64,000 bases of DNA, taken from contig NW_026781003.1 in the NCBI RefSeq assembly GCF_030144855.1, positions 434,001 to 498,000 on the forward strand. Reading direction: 5' to 3'. Positions 1 to 15,287 of the stretch are shown one piece after another. A model generated the notes under the pieces. That model was not told the origin of the DNA. It did no database searches and saw nothing but the letters and a program-made list of their open reading frames with translations. Every line of letters begins with the position of its first letter. Position 1 is the first letter of the stretch. Position numbers and translations under genes: made by a program. The DNA is from Hypanus sabinus (lineage: Eukaryota).

Positions 1-3000
1 TCACCCAACACTATTCTATCGCCAAATCTCTCCCCTTCCTCTTCTCCATCTCTACGCAACACCATTCTATTCCCAGTCACTCCCTCCTCTCTATCTCCCC
101 AACACCATTCTACCAATCACTCCCCTTCCTCCTCTCAATCTTTCACCCAACACTATTCTATCGCCAAATCTCTCCCCTTCCTCCTTTCCACCTCTCCCCA
201 ACACCATTCTATTCCCAATTACTCCCACCCCTCCATCTTTCCTCAACAGCATTCTATCCCCAATCATTCACTCTTCACTATCTTGCCCAACTGCACCATT
301 CTATCCCCAATCACTCCCTCTTCTCCATCTCTCCCCAACACCATTCTATCCCAATCGCACTCTCTCTACATAACCATTCTATCCCCAATCTCTCCCCTTC
401 CTCCTCTCAATCTCTCCCCAGCACCATTCTATTCCCAATCACTCCCAGCCCTCCATCTTTCCTCAACAGCATTCTATTCCGAATCACGCCCTCCGCTCCA
501 TCTTTCCTCCAACACCATTCTATCCCCAAACACTCCCTCCTCTCCATTTGTCCACCATCAACATTCCATCCCCAAGCACTCCCTCCTGTCAATCTTTCCC
601 ATAACACCATTCTATCTCCAATCATTCCCTCACATCCTTCTCTCCCCAACACCATTCTATTCCCAATCACACCCTCCTCTCCATCTCAACCCAACACCAA
701 TTTATCACCAATCTCTCCAATTCCTCCTCTCCATCTCTCTTCCAACAACATTGTATCCCCAATCTCTCCCTCTCCATCTCGCCCCAACGCCAGACTATCC
801 CCCAAAATCTCCTCTTACTCCTCTCCATATCTCCCCAAAATAATTCTATCTCCAATCACTCCCTCCTCTCCATCTCTCCCCAACAACTTTCAATCACCAA
901 ATCTTTATCCTTCCACCTCTCCATCTCTTCTCCAGCAGCATTGTATCCCCAATCTCTCTCCCTCCATCTCGCCCCAAACCCATACTATCGCCCGAAATCT
1001 CCCCTTACGCCTCTCCATCTGTCCCCAAAATCATTCTATCCCCAATCACACCCCTTCCTGCTCTCCATCTCTACCAAACTCCATTCTATCCCCCAATCTC
1101 TCCCCTTCCTCCTCTCAATCTCTCCACAACAGCATTCTGTCCCCCAATCACTCCCTCCAAACTATCTTTCCCAACAACGACATTCCATCCGCAATCGGTC
1201 CCTCCTATCCATGTCTACCCAGCACCATTCTATCCCAATATCTCTCTCCATCTCTCCACATCACCATTCTATCCCCAATCTCACCCCTTCCTCTCTCCGT
1301 TTCCCCCAACACTCTTCTATTCCCCAAACTCTCCCCTTCCTTCTCTCAATTTCTCTCCAACACCGCTCTATCCCCAATCACTCACTCCTATCAATACCCA
1401 ACACCATTCTATCGCCAATCACGCCATCCTCTCAATCTCTCGCCAACACCATTCTGTCCACAAACTCTCCCCTTCCTCATCTCTATCTCTACCCAACAAA
1501 CATTCTATTCCCAATCACACCTTCCTCTCCATCTCTCCCCAAAACCAATTTATCAGCAATCTCTCCCCTTCCTCCTTTCCATCTCTCCCCAACAGCATTC
1601 TATCCCCAATCACTCCATCCTCTCCATCTCTCTACAACACAAATCTATCTCCCAATCACACCCTCCTCCTATTTATCTCTCCAACACCATTATATCCCCA
1701 ATCAGTCCCTCCTCTCCAACTGTCCCAAACACCATTCAACCACGAATCACTCCCTTCTCTATATCTCTCCTCAACACCATTCTATCCCCAATCTCTCCCC
1801 TTCCTCCACTCCATCTCTACCCAACACAATTCTATTCCGTCACTCCCTCCTCTCTATCTCCCCAACAATTTTCTATCACCAATCACTCCCTATTTTCCAT
1901 CTTTCCCAACACCATTCAATCCCCAATCTCTCCCCTTCCTTCTCTCACTTTACCACAAGACCATCCAATCCACAATCACTCCATCCTCTCCATCTCTCCC
2001 CAACACCATTCTATCCCAATCTCTCTCTCGATCTCTCCACATCACCATTCTATCCCAAATCCCTCCCCTTCCTCCTCTCCATCTTTCCCCAACACCATTC
2101 TATCCCCAATCACGCCCTCCTCTCAATCTCTCGCCAACACCATTCTGTCCACAATCTCTCCCCTTCCTCATCTCCATCTCTCCCCAACTACATTCTAATC
2201 CCAATCACACCCTCCTCTCCATCTCTCCCCAACACCAATTTATCACCAATCCCTCCCCTCCCTCCTCTCCATCTCACCCCAGCACAATTCAATCACCAAA
2301 TCTCTCTCTTCCTCCTCTCCATCTCTCCTCCAACGACATTGTATCCCCAATCTCTCCCTCCATCTCGCCCCAACACCATACTATCCCCAAAATCTCCCCT
2401 TCATCCTCTCCATTTCTCCCCAAAATAATTCTATCTCTAATCACGCCCTCCTTTCCATCTCTCCCCAACACCATTCAATCAGCAAATCTCTATCCTTCCT
2501 CCTCTCCATCTCTTCTCCAACAACATTGTATCCTCAATCTCTCTCCCTCCATCCCGCCCCAAACACATACTATCTCCCAAAATCTCCCCTCCCCCTCTCC
2601 ATTTCTCCCCAAACTAATTCTATCTCCAATCACTCCATCCTCTCCATCTCCCCAAAACCATTCTATCCCCAATCACTCCTCTTCCTACTCTCCATCTCTA
2701 CCCAACACCATTCTATCCCCCAATCTCTCCCCTTCCTCCACTCCATCTATCCCTAACCCCATTCTATCCCCAATCACTCCCATCCTCTCCATCTCTCCAT
2801 AATATCAGTCTAACCCCAATCACTCCCTCCTCTCCGTCTCCACAACACCATTCAATCCTCAATCTCTCCCGTTCCTGCTCTCAATCTTTCACCCAAAACT
2901 ATTTTTTCGCCAAAACTCCACGGTTCCTCCTCTCCATCTCTCCCCAACAACATTCTATCCCCAATCTCTCCCCTTCCTCCTCTCCATCTCTCCCCAACAC

Positions 3001-6000
3001 CATTCTATTCCCAATCACTCCCACCCCTCCATCTTTCCACAACAGCATTCTATTCCCAATCACGCCGTCGGCTCCATCTCACCCAACACCATTCTATCTC
3101 CAATCACTCCCCTTCCTGCTCTCCATCTCAGCCCAACACCATTCTATCCCCAAATCACTCCCCGTCCTCCTCTCTATCTCACCCCAACACAATTCAATCA
3201 CCAAATCTCTCCCTTCCTCCTCTCCATCTCTCCTCCAACGACATTGTATCCACAATCTCTCCATCTCGCCCCAACACCATACTATCCCCCAAAATCTCCC
3301 CTTCATCCTCTCCATTTCTCCCCAAAATAATTCTATCTCTAATCACGCCCTCCTCTCCATCTCTCCCCAACACCATTCAATCACCAAATCTCTATCCTTC
3401 CTCCTCTCCATCTCTTCTCCAACAACATTGTATCCCCACATTATTACTGGGTTGAGCCCCAAACCCATACTATCTCCCAAAATCCTTCCCCCTCTCCATT
3501 TCTCCCCAAACTAATTCTATCTCCAATCACTCCCTCCTCTCCATCTCTCCCCAAAACCATTCTATCCCCAATCTCTCCCATTCCTACTCTCCATATCTCC
3601 CCAACACCATTCTATCCCCAAATCACTCCCCGTCCTCCTCTCTATCTCACCCCAACACAATTCAATCACCAAATCTCTCCCTTCCTCCTCTCCATCTCTC
3701 CTCCAACGACATTGTATCCACAATCTCTCCATCTCGCCCCAACACCATACTATCCCCCAAAATCTCCCCTTCCCCCTCTCCATTTCTCCCAAAATAATTC
3801 TATCTCCAATCACTCCCCCCTCTCCATCTCTCCCCAAAACCATTCTATCCCCAATCTCTCCCCTTCCTCCTCTCCATCTCTCCCCAACAACATTCTATTC
3901 CCAATCACTCCCACCCCTCCATCTGTCCACAACAGCATTCTATCCCCAATCACTCCCCTTCCTACTCTCCATCTCAGCCCAACACCATTCTATCCCCAAA
4001 TCACTCCCTGTCCTCCTCTCTATCTCTCTCCAACAAAATTCTATCTCCAATCACTCCCTCCTCTCCATCTCTCCTCAACAGCATTCTATCCACAATCTCT
4101 CCCCATTCTCCACTCCATCTATCCCCAACACCATTCTATCCCCAAATCCCCTCCTCTCCATCTCTCCAAAACACCATTCTATCCACAATCTCTCCCCATT
4201 CTCCACTCCATCTCTCCCCAACACCATTCTATTCCCTATCACAACCTCCTCTCCCGCTCTCCCAACACCAATTTATCACCAATCTCTCCACTTCCACCTC
4301 TCCATGCCCCACAACTGCATCTATCAAAAATCACTCCATCCTCCCCCTCTCCACAACATTATTCTATACCCAATCTCACCCTCATCCTCTTTATCTCTCC
4401 CGCACCATTATATCCCCAATCAGTACCTCATTTCCAACTGTCTCCAACACCATTGAATCACCAATCACTCCCTTCTCTCCATCTCTCCCCAGCACCATTT
4501 TATCACCAATCTCTGACCTTACTCCTCTCCATCTTTCACCCAACACGGTTCTATCGCCAAATCTCTCCCCTTCCTCTTCTCCATCTCTACGCAACACCAT
4601 TCTATTCCCAGTCACTCCCTCCTCTCTATCTCCCCAACACCATTCTATCACCAATCACTCCCCTTCCTCCTCTCAATCTTTCACCCAACACTATTCTATC
4701 GCCAAATCTCTCCCCTTCCTCCTTTCCACCTCTCCCCAACACCATTCTATTCCCAATCACTCCCACCCCTCCAACTTTCCTCAACGGCATTCTATCCCCA
4801 ATCATTCACTCTTCACTATCTTGCCCAACTGCACCATTCTATCCCCAATCACTCCCTCTTCTCCATCTCTCCCCGACACCATTCTATCCATATCTCTCTC
4901 TCTCTAAATAACCATTCTATCCCCAATCTCTCCACTTCCTCCTCTCAATCTCTCCCCAGCACCATTCTATTCCCAATCACTCCCAGCCCTCCATCTTTCC
5001 ACAACAGCATTCTATTCCGAATCACGCCCTCCGCTCCATCTTTCCTCCAACACCATTCTATCCCCAAACACTCCCTCCTCTCCATTTGTCCACCAACAAC
5101 ATTCCATCCCCAAGCACTCCCTCCTGTCAATCTTTCCCATAACACCATTCTATCTCCAATCATTCCCTCACATCCTTCTCTCCCCAACACCATTCTATTC
5201 CCAATCACACCCTCCTCTCCATCTCAACCCAACACCAATGTATCACCAATCTCTCCAATTCCTCCTCTCCATCTCTCCTCCAACAACATTGTATCCCCAA
5301 TCTCTCCCTCTCCATCTCGCCCCAACGCCAGACTATCCCCCAAAATCTCCCCTTACTCCTCTCCATATCTCCCCAAAATAATTCTATCTCCAATCACTCC
5401 CTCCTCTCCATCTCTCGCCAACACCATTCAATCACCAAATCTCTATCCTTCCAAATCTCCATCTCTTCTCCAGCAGCATTGTATCCCCAATCTCTCTCCC
5501 TCCATCTCGCCCCAAACCCATACTATCCCCCGAAATCTCCCCTTACCCCTCTCCATCTGTCCCTAAAACCATTCTATCCCCAATCACTCCCCTTCCTGCT
5601 CTCCATCTCTACCAAACTCCATTCTATCCCCCAATCTCTACCCTTCCTCCTCTCAATCTCTCCACAACAGCATTCTGCCCCCAATCACTCCCTCCTCACT
5701 ATCTTTCCCAACAACGCCATTCCATCCCCAATCAATCCCTCCTATCCATGTCTCCCCAACACCATTCTATCCCAATCTCTCTCTCTCCATCTCTCCACAT
5801 CACCATTCTATCCCCAATCTCACCACTTCCTCTCTCCATGTTTCCCCCAACACTCTTCTATTCCCCAAACTCTCCCCTTCCTTCTCTCAATTTCTCTCCA
5901 ACACCGCTCTATCCCCAATCACTCACTCCTATCAATACCCAACACCATTCTATCGCCAATCACGCCCTCCTCTCAATCTCTCGCCAACACCATTCTGTCC

Positions 6001-6660
6001 ACAATCTCTCCCACCTCTCCCTCTCCCCAAAACCATTCTATTCCCAATCACACCTTCCTCTCCATCTCTCCCCAAAACCAATTTATCAGCAATCTCCCCC
6101 CTTCCTCCTCTCCATCTCTCCCCAACAGCATTCAATCCCCAATCACTCTAACCACTCCCTCTTTCCACAACACCATTCTATCCCCAATCACTCCATCCTT
6201 TCCATCTCTCTACAACACAAATCTATCCCCCAATCACACCCTCCTCCTATTTATCTCTCCAACACCATTATATCCCCAATCAGTCCCTCCTCTCCAACTG
6301 TCCCAAACACCATTCAATCACAAATCACTCCCTTCTCTGTATCTCTCCTCAACACCATTCTATCCCCAATCTCTCCACTCCATCTCTACCCAACACAATT
6401 CTATTCCGTCACTCCCTCCTCTCTATCTCCCCAACAATCTTCTATCACCAATCACTCCCTGTTTTCCATCTTTCCCAACACCATTCAATCCCCAATCTCT
6501 CCCCTTCCTTCTCTTACTTTCCCACAAGACCATCCTATCCACAATCACTCCATCCTCTCCATCTCTCCCCAAAACCATTATATCCCAATCTCTCTCTCGA
6601 TCTCTCCACATCACCATTCTATCCCAAATCCCTCCCCTTCCTCCTCTCCATCTTTCCACA
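1..6660. repeat. Higher-order duplication within the 45-bp array: ~1-2090 repeated at ~4536-6660
   Basis: Near-identical ORF pairs offset by 4538 (407/4945, 667/5205, 941/5479). Rare variant words recur, e.g. GCCCCAACGCCAGACTATCC at ~781 and ~5319, and CACAAGACCATCC at 1954 and 6523. Confidence 0.85.
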
Positions 6661-9600
6661 ACACCATTCTATCCCCAAACTCTCCCCTCCCTCCTCTCCA
6701 TCTCTACGCAACACCATTCTATTCCCAGTCACTACCTTCTCTCTATCTCCCCAACACCATTCTATCACCAATCACACCCCTTCCTCCTCTCAATCTTCCA
6801 CCCAACACCATTCTATCGCCAAATCTCTCCTTCCTCCTCTCCATCTCTCCCCAACATCATTCTATTCCCAATCTCTCCAACCCCACCATCTTTGCACAAC
6901 ACCATTCTATCCCCAAGCACTCCCTCCTCTCCATCTTTCTCCCAACAACATTCCATCCCCAAGTACTACCCCATCTCCATCTTTCCCACAACACCATTCT
7001 TTCCTCCTCACTATCTTTCCCAACAGCTCCTTTCTATCCCCAATCACTCCCTCTTCTCCATCTCTCCCTAACACCATTCTATTCCAATCTCTCTCTCCAT
7101 CTCTCCACATCACCATTCTATCCCCAATCTCTCCCCTTCCTCTTCTCCATCTTTCCCCCAACACCCATCTGTCCCCCAAACTCTCCCCTTCCTTCTCTCA
7201 ACTCCTCCCCAACACCATTCTATCCACAATCACTCACTCCTATCAATCTCTCCCAAACACCATTCAATCCCCAATCTCTCCCGTTCCTGCTCTCAATCTT
7301 TCACCCAACACTATTCTATCGCCAAAATTATCCGCTTCCTCCTCTCCATCTCTCCCCAACACCAATCTATCACCAATCTCTCCCCTTCCTCCTATCCATC
7401 TCTCCCCAACACCATTCTAACACGAAATCTCTACTTTTCCTCCTCTCCATCTCTCCTCCAACAACATTGTATCCCCAATCTCTCCCTGTCCATCTCTCCC
7501 CAACACCGTTCTATCCCCAAAATCTCTCCTTCCTCCTCTCCATTTCTCCCCAAAATAATTCTAACTCCAATCACTCCCTCCTCTCCATCTCTCCCCAACA
7601 CAATTCTATCTCCAATCACTCCCTCCTCTCCATCTCTCCTCAACAGCATTCTATCCCCCAATCTCTCCACTTCCTGCTCTCCATTTATACCCAACACCAT
7701 TCGTTCCACAATTACTCCCTCCTCTCCTTCTCCCTAACACCATTCTATCTCCAAGCACTACCATTCCTCCTCTCCATCTCGCCCCAACAAAATTATATCC
7801 CCCAATCTCTCCCCTTCCTCCACTCCATCTTTCCCCCATACCATTATATCCCCAAGCACTCCCTCCTCTCCACCTCTCGCCAACACCATTCTATCCACAA
7901 TCTCTCCACTTCCTCCTCTCCTTCTTTCCCCAACACAATTCTATCCCTAATCCCTAACCTTCCTCCTCTCCAGCTCCCCAACGCCATTCTATCCCCAATC
8001 ACTCCGTCCTCTCCATCTCACGCCAACACCATTCGATCCCGCAAACTCTCCCCTTCCTTCTCTCAATTTCTCCCCAACACTTCTCTATCCACAATCACTC
8101 ACTCATATCAATAACCAACACCATTTTATCGCCAATCACGCCCTCCTCTCATTCTCTCGCCAACACCATTCCGTCCACAATCTCTCCCCTTCCTCATCTC
8201 CATCTCTCCCCAACAACATTCTATTCCCAATCACACCCTCCTCTCCATCTCTCCCCAACACCAATTTATCACCAATCCCTCCCCTCCCTCCTCTCCATCT
8301 CACCCCAACACAATTCAATCACCAAATCTCTCCATTCCTCCTCTCCATCTCTCCTCCAACAACATTGAATCCCCAATCTCTCACTCCATCTCGCCCCAAC
8401 ACCATACTATCCCCCAAATCTCCCCTTCCTCCTCTCCATTTCTCCCCAAAATAATTCTATCTCTAATCACGCCCTCCTCTCCATCTCTCCCCAACACCAT
8501 TCAATCACCAAATCTCTATACTTCCTCCTCTCCATCTCTTCTCCAGCAACATTGTATCCACAATCTCTCTCCCTCCATCCCGCCCCAAACCCATACTATC
8601 TCCCAAAATCTCCCCTTCCCCCTCTCCATTTCTTCCCACTAATTCTATCCCCAATCACTCCCATTCCTACTCTCCATATCTCCCCAACACCATTCTATCC
8701 CCCAATCTCTCCCCTTCCTCCACTCCATCTATCCCGTACACCATTCTATCCCCAATCACTCCCTCCTCTCCCTCTCCACAACACCATTTATCACCAATCC
8801 CTCCCCTCCCTCCTCTCCATCTCACCCCAACACAATTCAATCACCAAATCTCTCCCGTTATTCCTCTCCATCTCTCCTCCAGCAACATTGCATCCCCAAT
8901 CTCTCTCTCTCCATCTCTCCCCAACAGCAATCAATCCCCAAATCTCTATCCTTCCACCTCTCCATCTCTTCTCCAACAGCATTGCTTCCCCAGTCTCTCT
9001 CCCTCCATCTCGCCCCAACACCATACTATCCCCCAAAATCTCCCTTCCTCCTCTCCATTTCTCCCCGAAATAATTCTATCTCTAATCACGCCCTCCTCTC
9101 CATCTCTCCCCAACACCATTCAATCACCAAATCTCTATCCCACCTCTCCATCTCTTCTCCAACAACATTGTATCCCCAATCTCTCTCCCTCCATCCCGCC
9201 CCAAACCCATACTATCTCCCAAAATCTCCCCTTCCCCCTCTCCATTTCTCCCCAAACTAATTCTATCTCCAATCACTCCCTCCTCTCCATCTCTCCCCAA
9301 AACCATTCTATCCCCAATCTCTCCCATTCCTACTCTCCATATCTCCCCAACACCATTCTATCCCCCAATCTCTCCCCTCCTCCACTCCATCTATCCCCAA
9401 CACCATTCTATCCCCAATCACTCCCCTCCTCTCCATCTCTCCATAATATCAGTCTATCCCCAATCACTCCCTCCTCTCCCTCTCCACAACACCATTCTAT
9501 CCCCAACCTCTCCCCTTCTTCCTCTCCATCTCTACCCAACACCACTCTATCCACAATCTATCCCCCTCCTCCTCTCCATTTCTCCCCAAACTAATTCTAT

Positions 9601-12600
9601 CGCCAATCACTCCCTCCTCTCGATCTCTCACCAACACCATTCTGTCCACAATCACACCTTCCTCTCCATCTTTCCCCAAAACCAATTTATCAGTAATCTC
9701 TCTCCTTCCTCCTCTCTATCTCTCACCAACTACATTCTATTCCCAATCACACCTTCCTCTCCATCTCTCCCCAAAACCAATTTATCAACAATCTCTCTCC
9801 TTCCTCCTCTCTATCTCTCACCAACTACATTCTATTCCCAATCACACCCTCCTCTCCATCACTCCCCAACACCAATTTATCACAAATCTCTCCCCTTCCT
9901 CCTATCCATCTCTCCCCAACACCATTCTATCACGAAATCTCTACTCTTCCTCCTCTGCATCTCTCCTCCAACAACATTGTATCCACAATCTCTCTCTCCA
10001 TCTCCCCAACACCATACTATCCCCCAAAATCTCCCATTCCTCCTTTCCATTTCTCCCCAAAATAATTCTCTCCAATCACTCCCTCCTCTCCTTCTCTAGC
10101 CAACACCATTCTATCCCCAATCACTCCCCTTCCTCCCCTCAATCTCTGCAAAACACCATCCATTTCCCAATCACACCCTACCCTCCATCTCTCCCCAACA
10201 CCAATTTATCACAAATCACTTCCCTTCCTCTTCTCCATCTCTCTCCAACACCATTCAATCACCAAATATCTACCAGGCCTCCTCTCCTTCCATCCCCCAA
10301 CACCCTTCTATCCCCCAAAATCTTCCCTTCCTTCTCTCAATTTCTCCCCAACACCATTCTATCCCCAATCACTCCCCTCCTCTCCATCTCTCCAAATCAC
10401 CATTCTATCCTCAATCTCTCCCGTTCCTGCTCTCCATCTTTCACCCAAAACTATTTTATCGCCAAAACTCTCCGCTTCCTCCTCTCCATCTCACCCCAAC
10501 ACCATTCTATCCCCAATCAATCCATTTCCTCCTATCAATCTTTCACCCAACACCATTCTATCGACAAATCTCTCCCCTTCCTACTCTCCATCTCTCCCCA
10601 AAACCATTCTAATCCCAAGCACTCCCACCCCTCCATCTTTCCACAACAGCATTCTATCCCCAATCATTCCCTCCTCACTATTTTTCCCAACAACACCATT
10701 CTATCCCCAATCACTCCCTCTTCTCCATCTCTCCCCAACACCATTCTATCCCAATCTCTCTCCATCTCTCCACATCACCATTCTATCCCCAATCTCTCCC
10801 CTTCCTCCTCACCATCTTTACCCCAACACAGTTCTACCCCAATCACTCCCCTCCTCTCTATCTCCCCAAAACAACATTCTATCCACAATCACACTCTACC
10901 TTCCCTCGCCCCACACCATTCTATCCCCAATCACTCCCTCCTCTCCATCTCTCCCCAACACCATTCTATCCTAATCTCTCTCTCCATCTCTCCACATCAC
11001 CATTCTATCCCGAATCACTCCCTCCCCTCCATCTCTCCCCCACACCATTCTTTCCCAATCTCTCTCTCCATCTCTCCACATCACCATTCTATCCCCAAAC
11101 TCTCCCCTTCCTCCTCTCCATCTTCCCCCAACACCATTCTATCCCCAATCACTCCCCTCATCTCCATCTCTCCCCAAAACCATTCAATCCCCAATCACTC
11201 CCGTACCTGCTCTCAATCTTTCACCCAACACTGTTCTATCGCCAAAACTCTCCCCTTCCTCCTCTCCATCTCTCCCCAACAGCATTCAATCCCCAATCAC
11301 TCTAACCCCTCCCTCTTTCCACAACACCATTCTATCCCCAATCACTCCATCATCTCCATCTCTACAACACAATTCTATCCCCCAATCACACCCTCCTCCT
11401 ATTTATCTCTCCAACACCATTATATCCCCAATCAGTCCCTCCTCTACAACTGTCCCCAACACCATTCAATCACCAATCACTCCCTGCTCTCCATCTTTCC
11501 ACAACACCATTCTATCCTCAATCTCTCCCCTTCGTCCACTCCAACTTTACCCAACACAATTCTATTCCGTCACTCCCTCCTCCCTATCTCCCCAACAACC
11601 TTCTATCACCAATCACTCCCTGTTTTCCATCTTTCCCAACACCATTCAATCCCCAATCTCTGCCCTTCCTTCTCTCAATCTTTCCCACAAGACCATCCTA
11701 TCCACAATCACTCCATCCTCTCCATCTCTCCCCAACACCATTCTATCCCAATCTCTCTCGATCTCTCCACATCACCATTCTATCCCAAATCCCTCCCCTT
11801 CCTCCTCTCCATCTTTCCCCAACACCATTCTATCCCCAATCACTCCCTCCTCTCCATCTATCCGCAACAGCATTCAATCACCAGTCTCTCCCGTTCCTCC
11901 TCTCAATCTTTCACTCAACAATATTCTATTGCCAAATCGCTCCCGTTCCTCATCTCCATCTCTCCCCAACAACATTCTATTCCCAATCACACCCTCCTCT
12001 CCATCTCTCCCCAACACCATTCTATCACCAAATCTCTGCCCTTCCTCCTCTCCATCTCTACTCCAACAACATTGTATCACCAATCTCTCTCTCCTCCCCA
12101 ACACCATACTATCCCCTATCACTCCACTTCCTCCTCTCCATTTCTCCCCAAAATAATTCTATCTCCAATCACTCCCTCCTCTCCATCTCTCCCCAACACC
12201 ATTCTATCTCCAATCACTCCCTCCTTTCCATCTCTCCTCAACAGCATTCTATCCTCAATCTCTCCCATAACTCCTCTCCATCTCTCCCCAACACCATTCT
12301 ATCCCCAAGCACTACCATTCCTCCTCTCTATCTCTCCCCAACAAAATTACATCCCCCAATCTCTCCCCTTCCTCCTCTACATCTTTCCCCAAAACCATTT
12401 TATCCCCAAGCACTCCCTCCTCTCCATCTCTCGCCATCACCATTCTATCCACTGTCTCTCCCCTTCCTCCTCTCCCTCTTTCCCCAACACAATTCTATCC
12501 CTAATCACTAACCTTCCTCCTCTCCAGCTCCCCAACAACATTCTATCCCCAATCTCTCCCCTTCCTCCTCTCCATCTCTCCCCAACTCCATTCTATCCCC

Positions 12601-15287
12601 AATCTCTCCACTTCCTCCTCTCCATCTATCCACGGGCACTGCATCCTCTCCAACTCTCCACAAAACTATCGACAAAACTCTCCCCTACCACCTCTCCATC
12701 TCTCTCCAACACCATTCTATCCACAATCACTCCCACCCATTCCAAATTTCCACAAAACCATTCTATCCCCAATCGCTCTCCTTCCTCATCTCCATCTCCC
12801 CACAACAGCATCTTTACCCAATCACACCATCCTCCCCATCTCTCCACGACACAATTCTATCCCCAATCACACCCTGCTCTTCTTTATCTCTCCAACACCA
12901 TTTTATCTCCAATCAGTCCCTCCTCTCCATTTGTCCCCAACACCATTCTATTCCCAATCACTCCCACCCCTCCATCTTTCCACAGCAGCATTCCATCCCA
13001 TCACGCCCTCCGCTCCATCTTTCCTCCAACACCATTCTATCCCCAAGCACTCCCTCCTCCCCATCTTTCCCCAACACCATTCTATCCCCAATCATTCACT
13101 GCTCACTATCTTTCCCAACAACACCATTCTATCCCCAATCACTCCCTACTCTCCATCTCTCCCCAACAGCATTCTATCCCAATCTCTCTTTCCATCTCTC
13201 CACATCACCATTCTATCCCCCATCTCTCCCCTTCCTCCTTTCCCTTTCCCCAACACCCTTTTATCCCCCAAACTCTCCCCTTCCTTCTCTCAATTTCTCC
13301 CCAACACGACTCTATCCACAATCACTCACTCATATCAATCCCCAAAACCATTCTGTTGCCAATCACGCCCTCCTCTCAATCTCTCGCTAACACCATTCTG
13401 TCCACAATCTCTCCCCTTCCTCCTCTCCATCTCTCCCCAACAACATTCTATTCCCAATCACACCCTCCTCTCCATCTCTCCCCAACACCATTCTCTCCCA
13501 ATCTCTCTCCATCTCTCCACATCACCATTCTATCCCCAATCTCTCCCCTTCCTCCTCTCCATCTTTCCACCCAACACCCTTCTATCCCCCAACTCTCCCC
13601 CTTCTATCAAGTTCTCCCCAACACCACTCTATCCACAATAACTCACTCTTATCAATCCCCAACAACATTATCGCCAATCACGCCCTCCTCTCAATCTCTC
13701 GCCAACACCTTTTTATCCACAATCTCTCCCCTTCCTCCTCTCCATCTCTCCCCAACACGATTCTATTACCAAATATCTCCCCTTCCTCCTCTCCATCTCT
13801 CCCCAACACCATTCTATTACCAAATATCTACCCTTCCTCCTCTCAATCTCTCCTCCAACAACGTTGTATCCCCAATCTCTCTCTCTCTCCATCTCCCAAC
13901 AGCACCATTCTATCCCCCAAACTATCTCCTTCCTCCTCTCCATCTCTCCACAACACCATTCTAACCCCAATCACACCCTGCTCCTCTTTATCTCTCCAAC
14001 AACTTTATATTCCAAATCACTCCCACCACTCCCTTTCCACAACAGCATTCTATCCACAATCACTTCGACCGCTCCATCTTTCCTCCAACACCATTCCCAG
14101 TAGCTCGCTCCTCTCTATCACTCCACTCACTCCCTGTTTTCCATCTCTCCCCTTCCTACTCTCCAACTCTCCCCAACAACATTCTGTCCCCAATCACTCC
14201 CCTCCTTTCCATCTCTCCCCAACACAATTCTGTCGCCAATCACTCCCTCCTCTCACTCTCCCCAACACTATTCTATCCCCAATCACTCCCTCCTCTCCAT
14301 CTGTCGCCAAAACCATTCTATCCCCAATCACTCCCCTCCTTTCCATCTCTCCCCAACACAATTCTATCGCCAATCACTCCCTCCTCTCACTCTCCCCAAC
14401 ACTATTCTATCCCCAATCACTCCCTCCTCTCCATCTGTCCCCAAAACCATTCTATCCCCAATCACTCCCTCCTCTCCATCTCTCCCCAACACAATTCTAT
14501 CCACCAATCTGTCCCGTTCCTCCTTTCCATCTCTCCTCCTTCAACCCTGTATCCCCAATCTCTCTCTCTCTCCATCTCTCCACAACACCATTCTGTCCCC
14601 AATCTCTCCCCTTCCTCCTCTCCATATGTCCACAACACCATTCTATCCCCAATCACTCAATCTTCTCCATCTCTCCTCAACACCCTTCTATCCCCCAAAC
14701 TCACCCCATCCTCCTCTCCATCAGTCCACAACACCATTCCATCCCCAATCACTGCCTCCTCTCCATCTCTACACAAGACAATTCTACCCCCAAACTCATA
14801 CATTCCTCCTCTGCATCTCTCCACAACACCATTCTATCCCCAATCACTGCCTCCTCTCCATCTCTCTCCAACGCCATTCTATCCCCCAGTCTCTCCCTTT
14901 CCTCCTCTTCACCGCTGCACAACACAATTATTTCCTTAATCTCTAAGCTTCCTCCTCTGCAGCTCCCCCGAACACCATTCTAACCCCAATCACACACTGC
15001 TCCTCTATATCTCTCCAACACCCTTATATACCCAATTACTCCCACCCCTCCGTCATTCCACAATAGCATTCTATCCCCAGTCTCTCCCGTTCCTCCTCTC
15101 AATCTTTAACTCAACAATATTCTATTGCTAAATCGCTCCCCTTCCTCAACAACATTCCATCCCCAATCACTCTAAACCGTCCATCTTTCCACAACACCAT
15201 TTTAACCCCAAATTCTCCTCTTCCTCCTCTCCATCTCCCCACAACAGCATCTATCCCCAATCTCTCGCTCCTTTCCATCTCTCCAGC
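1..15287. repeat. Degenerate ~45-bp (about 40-50 bp) pyrimidine-rich minisatellite, consensus approx. CTCCATCTCTCCCCAACACCATTCTATCCCCAATCACTCCCTCCT; runs off the left edge
   Basis: The motif recurs throughout (e.g. starts at 12181 and 12226, 45 bp apart). The + strand is almost free of G. The P/S/L/H/I-rich ORFs are translations of the unit. Confidence 0.95.

Noticed and set aside
2750-7960. Telomeric CCCTAA words (e.g. ~2752, ~7067, ~7945-7958)
   Set aside because: They are isolated single occurrences within the 45-bp unit, not tandem (TTAGGG)n.
283-14946. Long P/S/L/H/I-rich ORFs (up to 788 aa) as mucin- or extensin-like genes
   Set aside because: They are overlapping ORFs in several frames caused by a G-poor repeat that rarely forms stops. 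There are frequent frame-breaking indels between units and no splice or codon structure.
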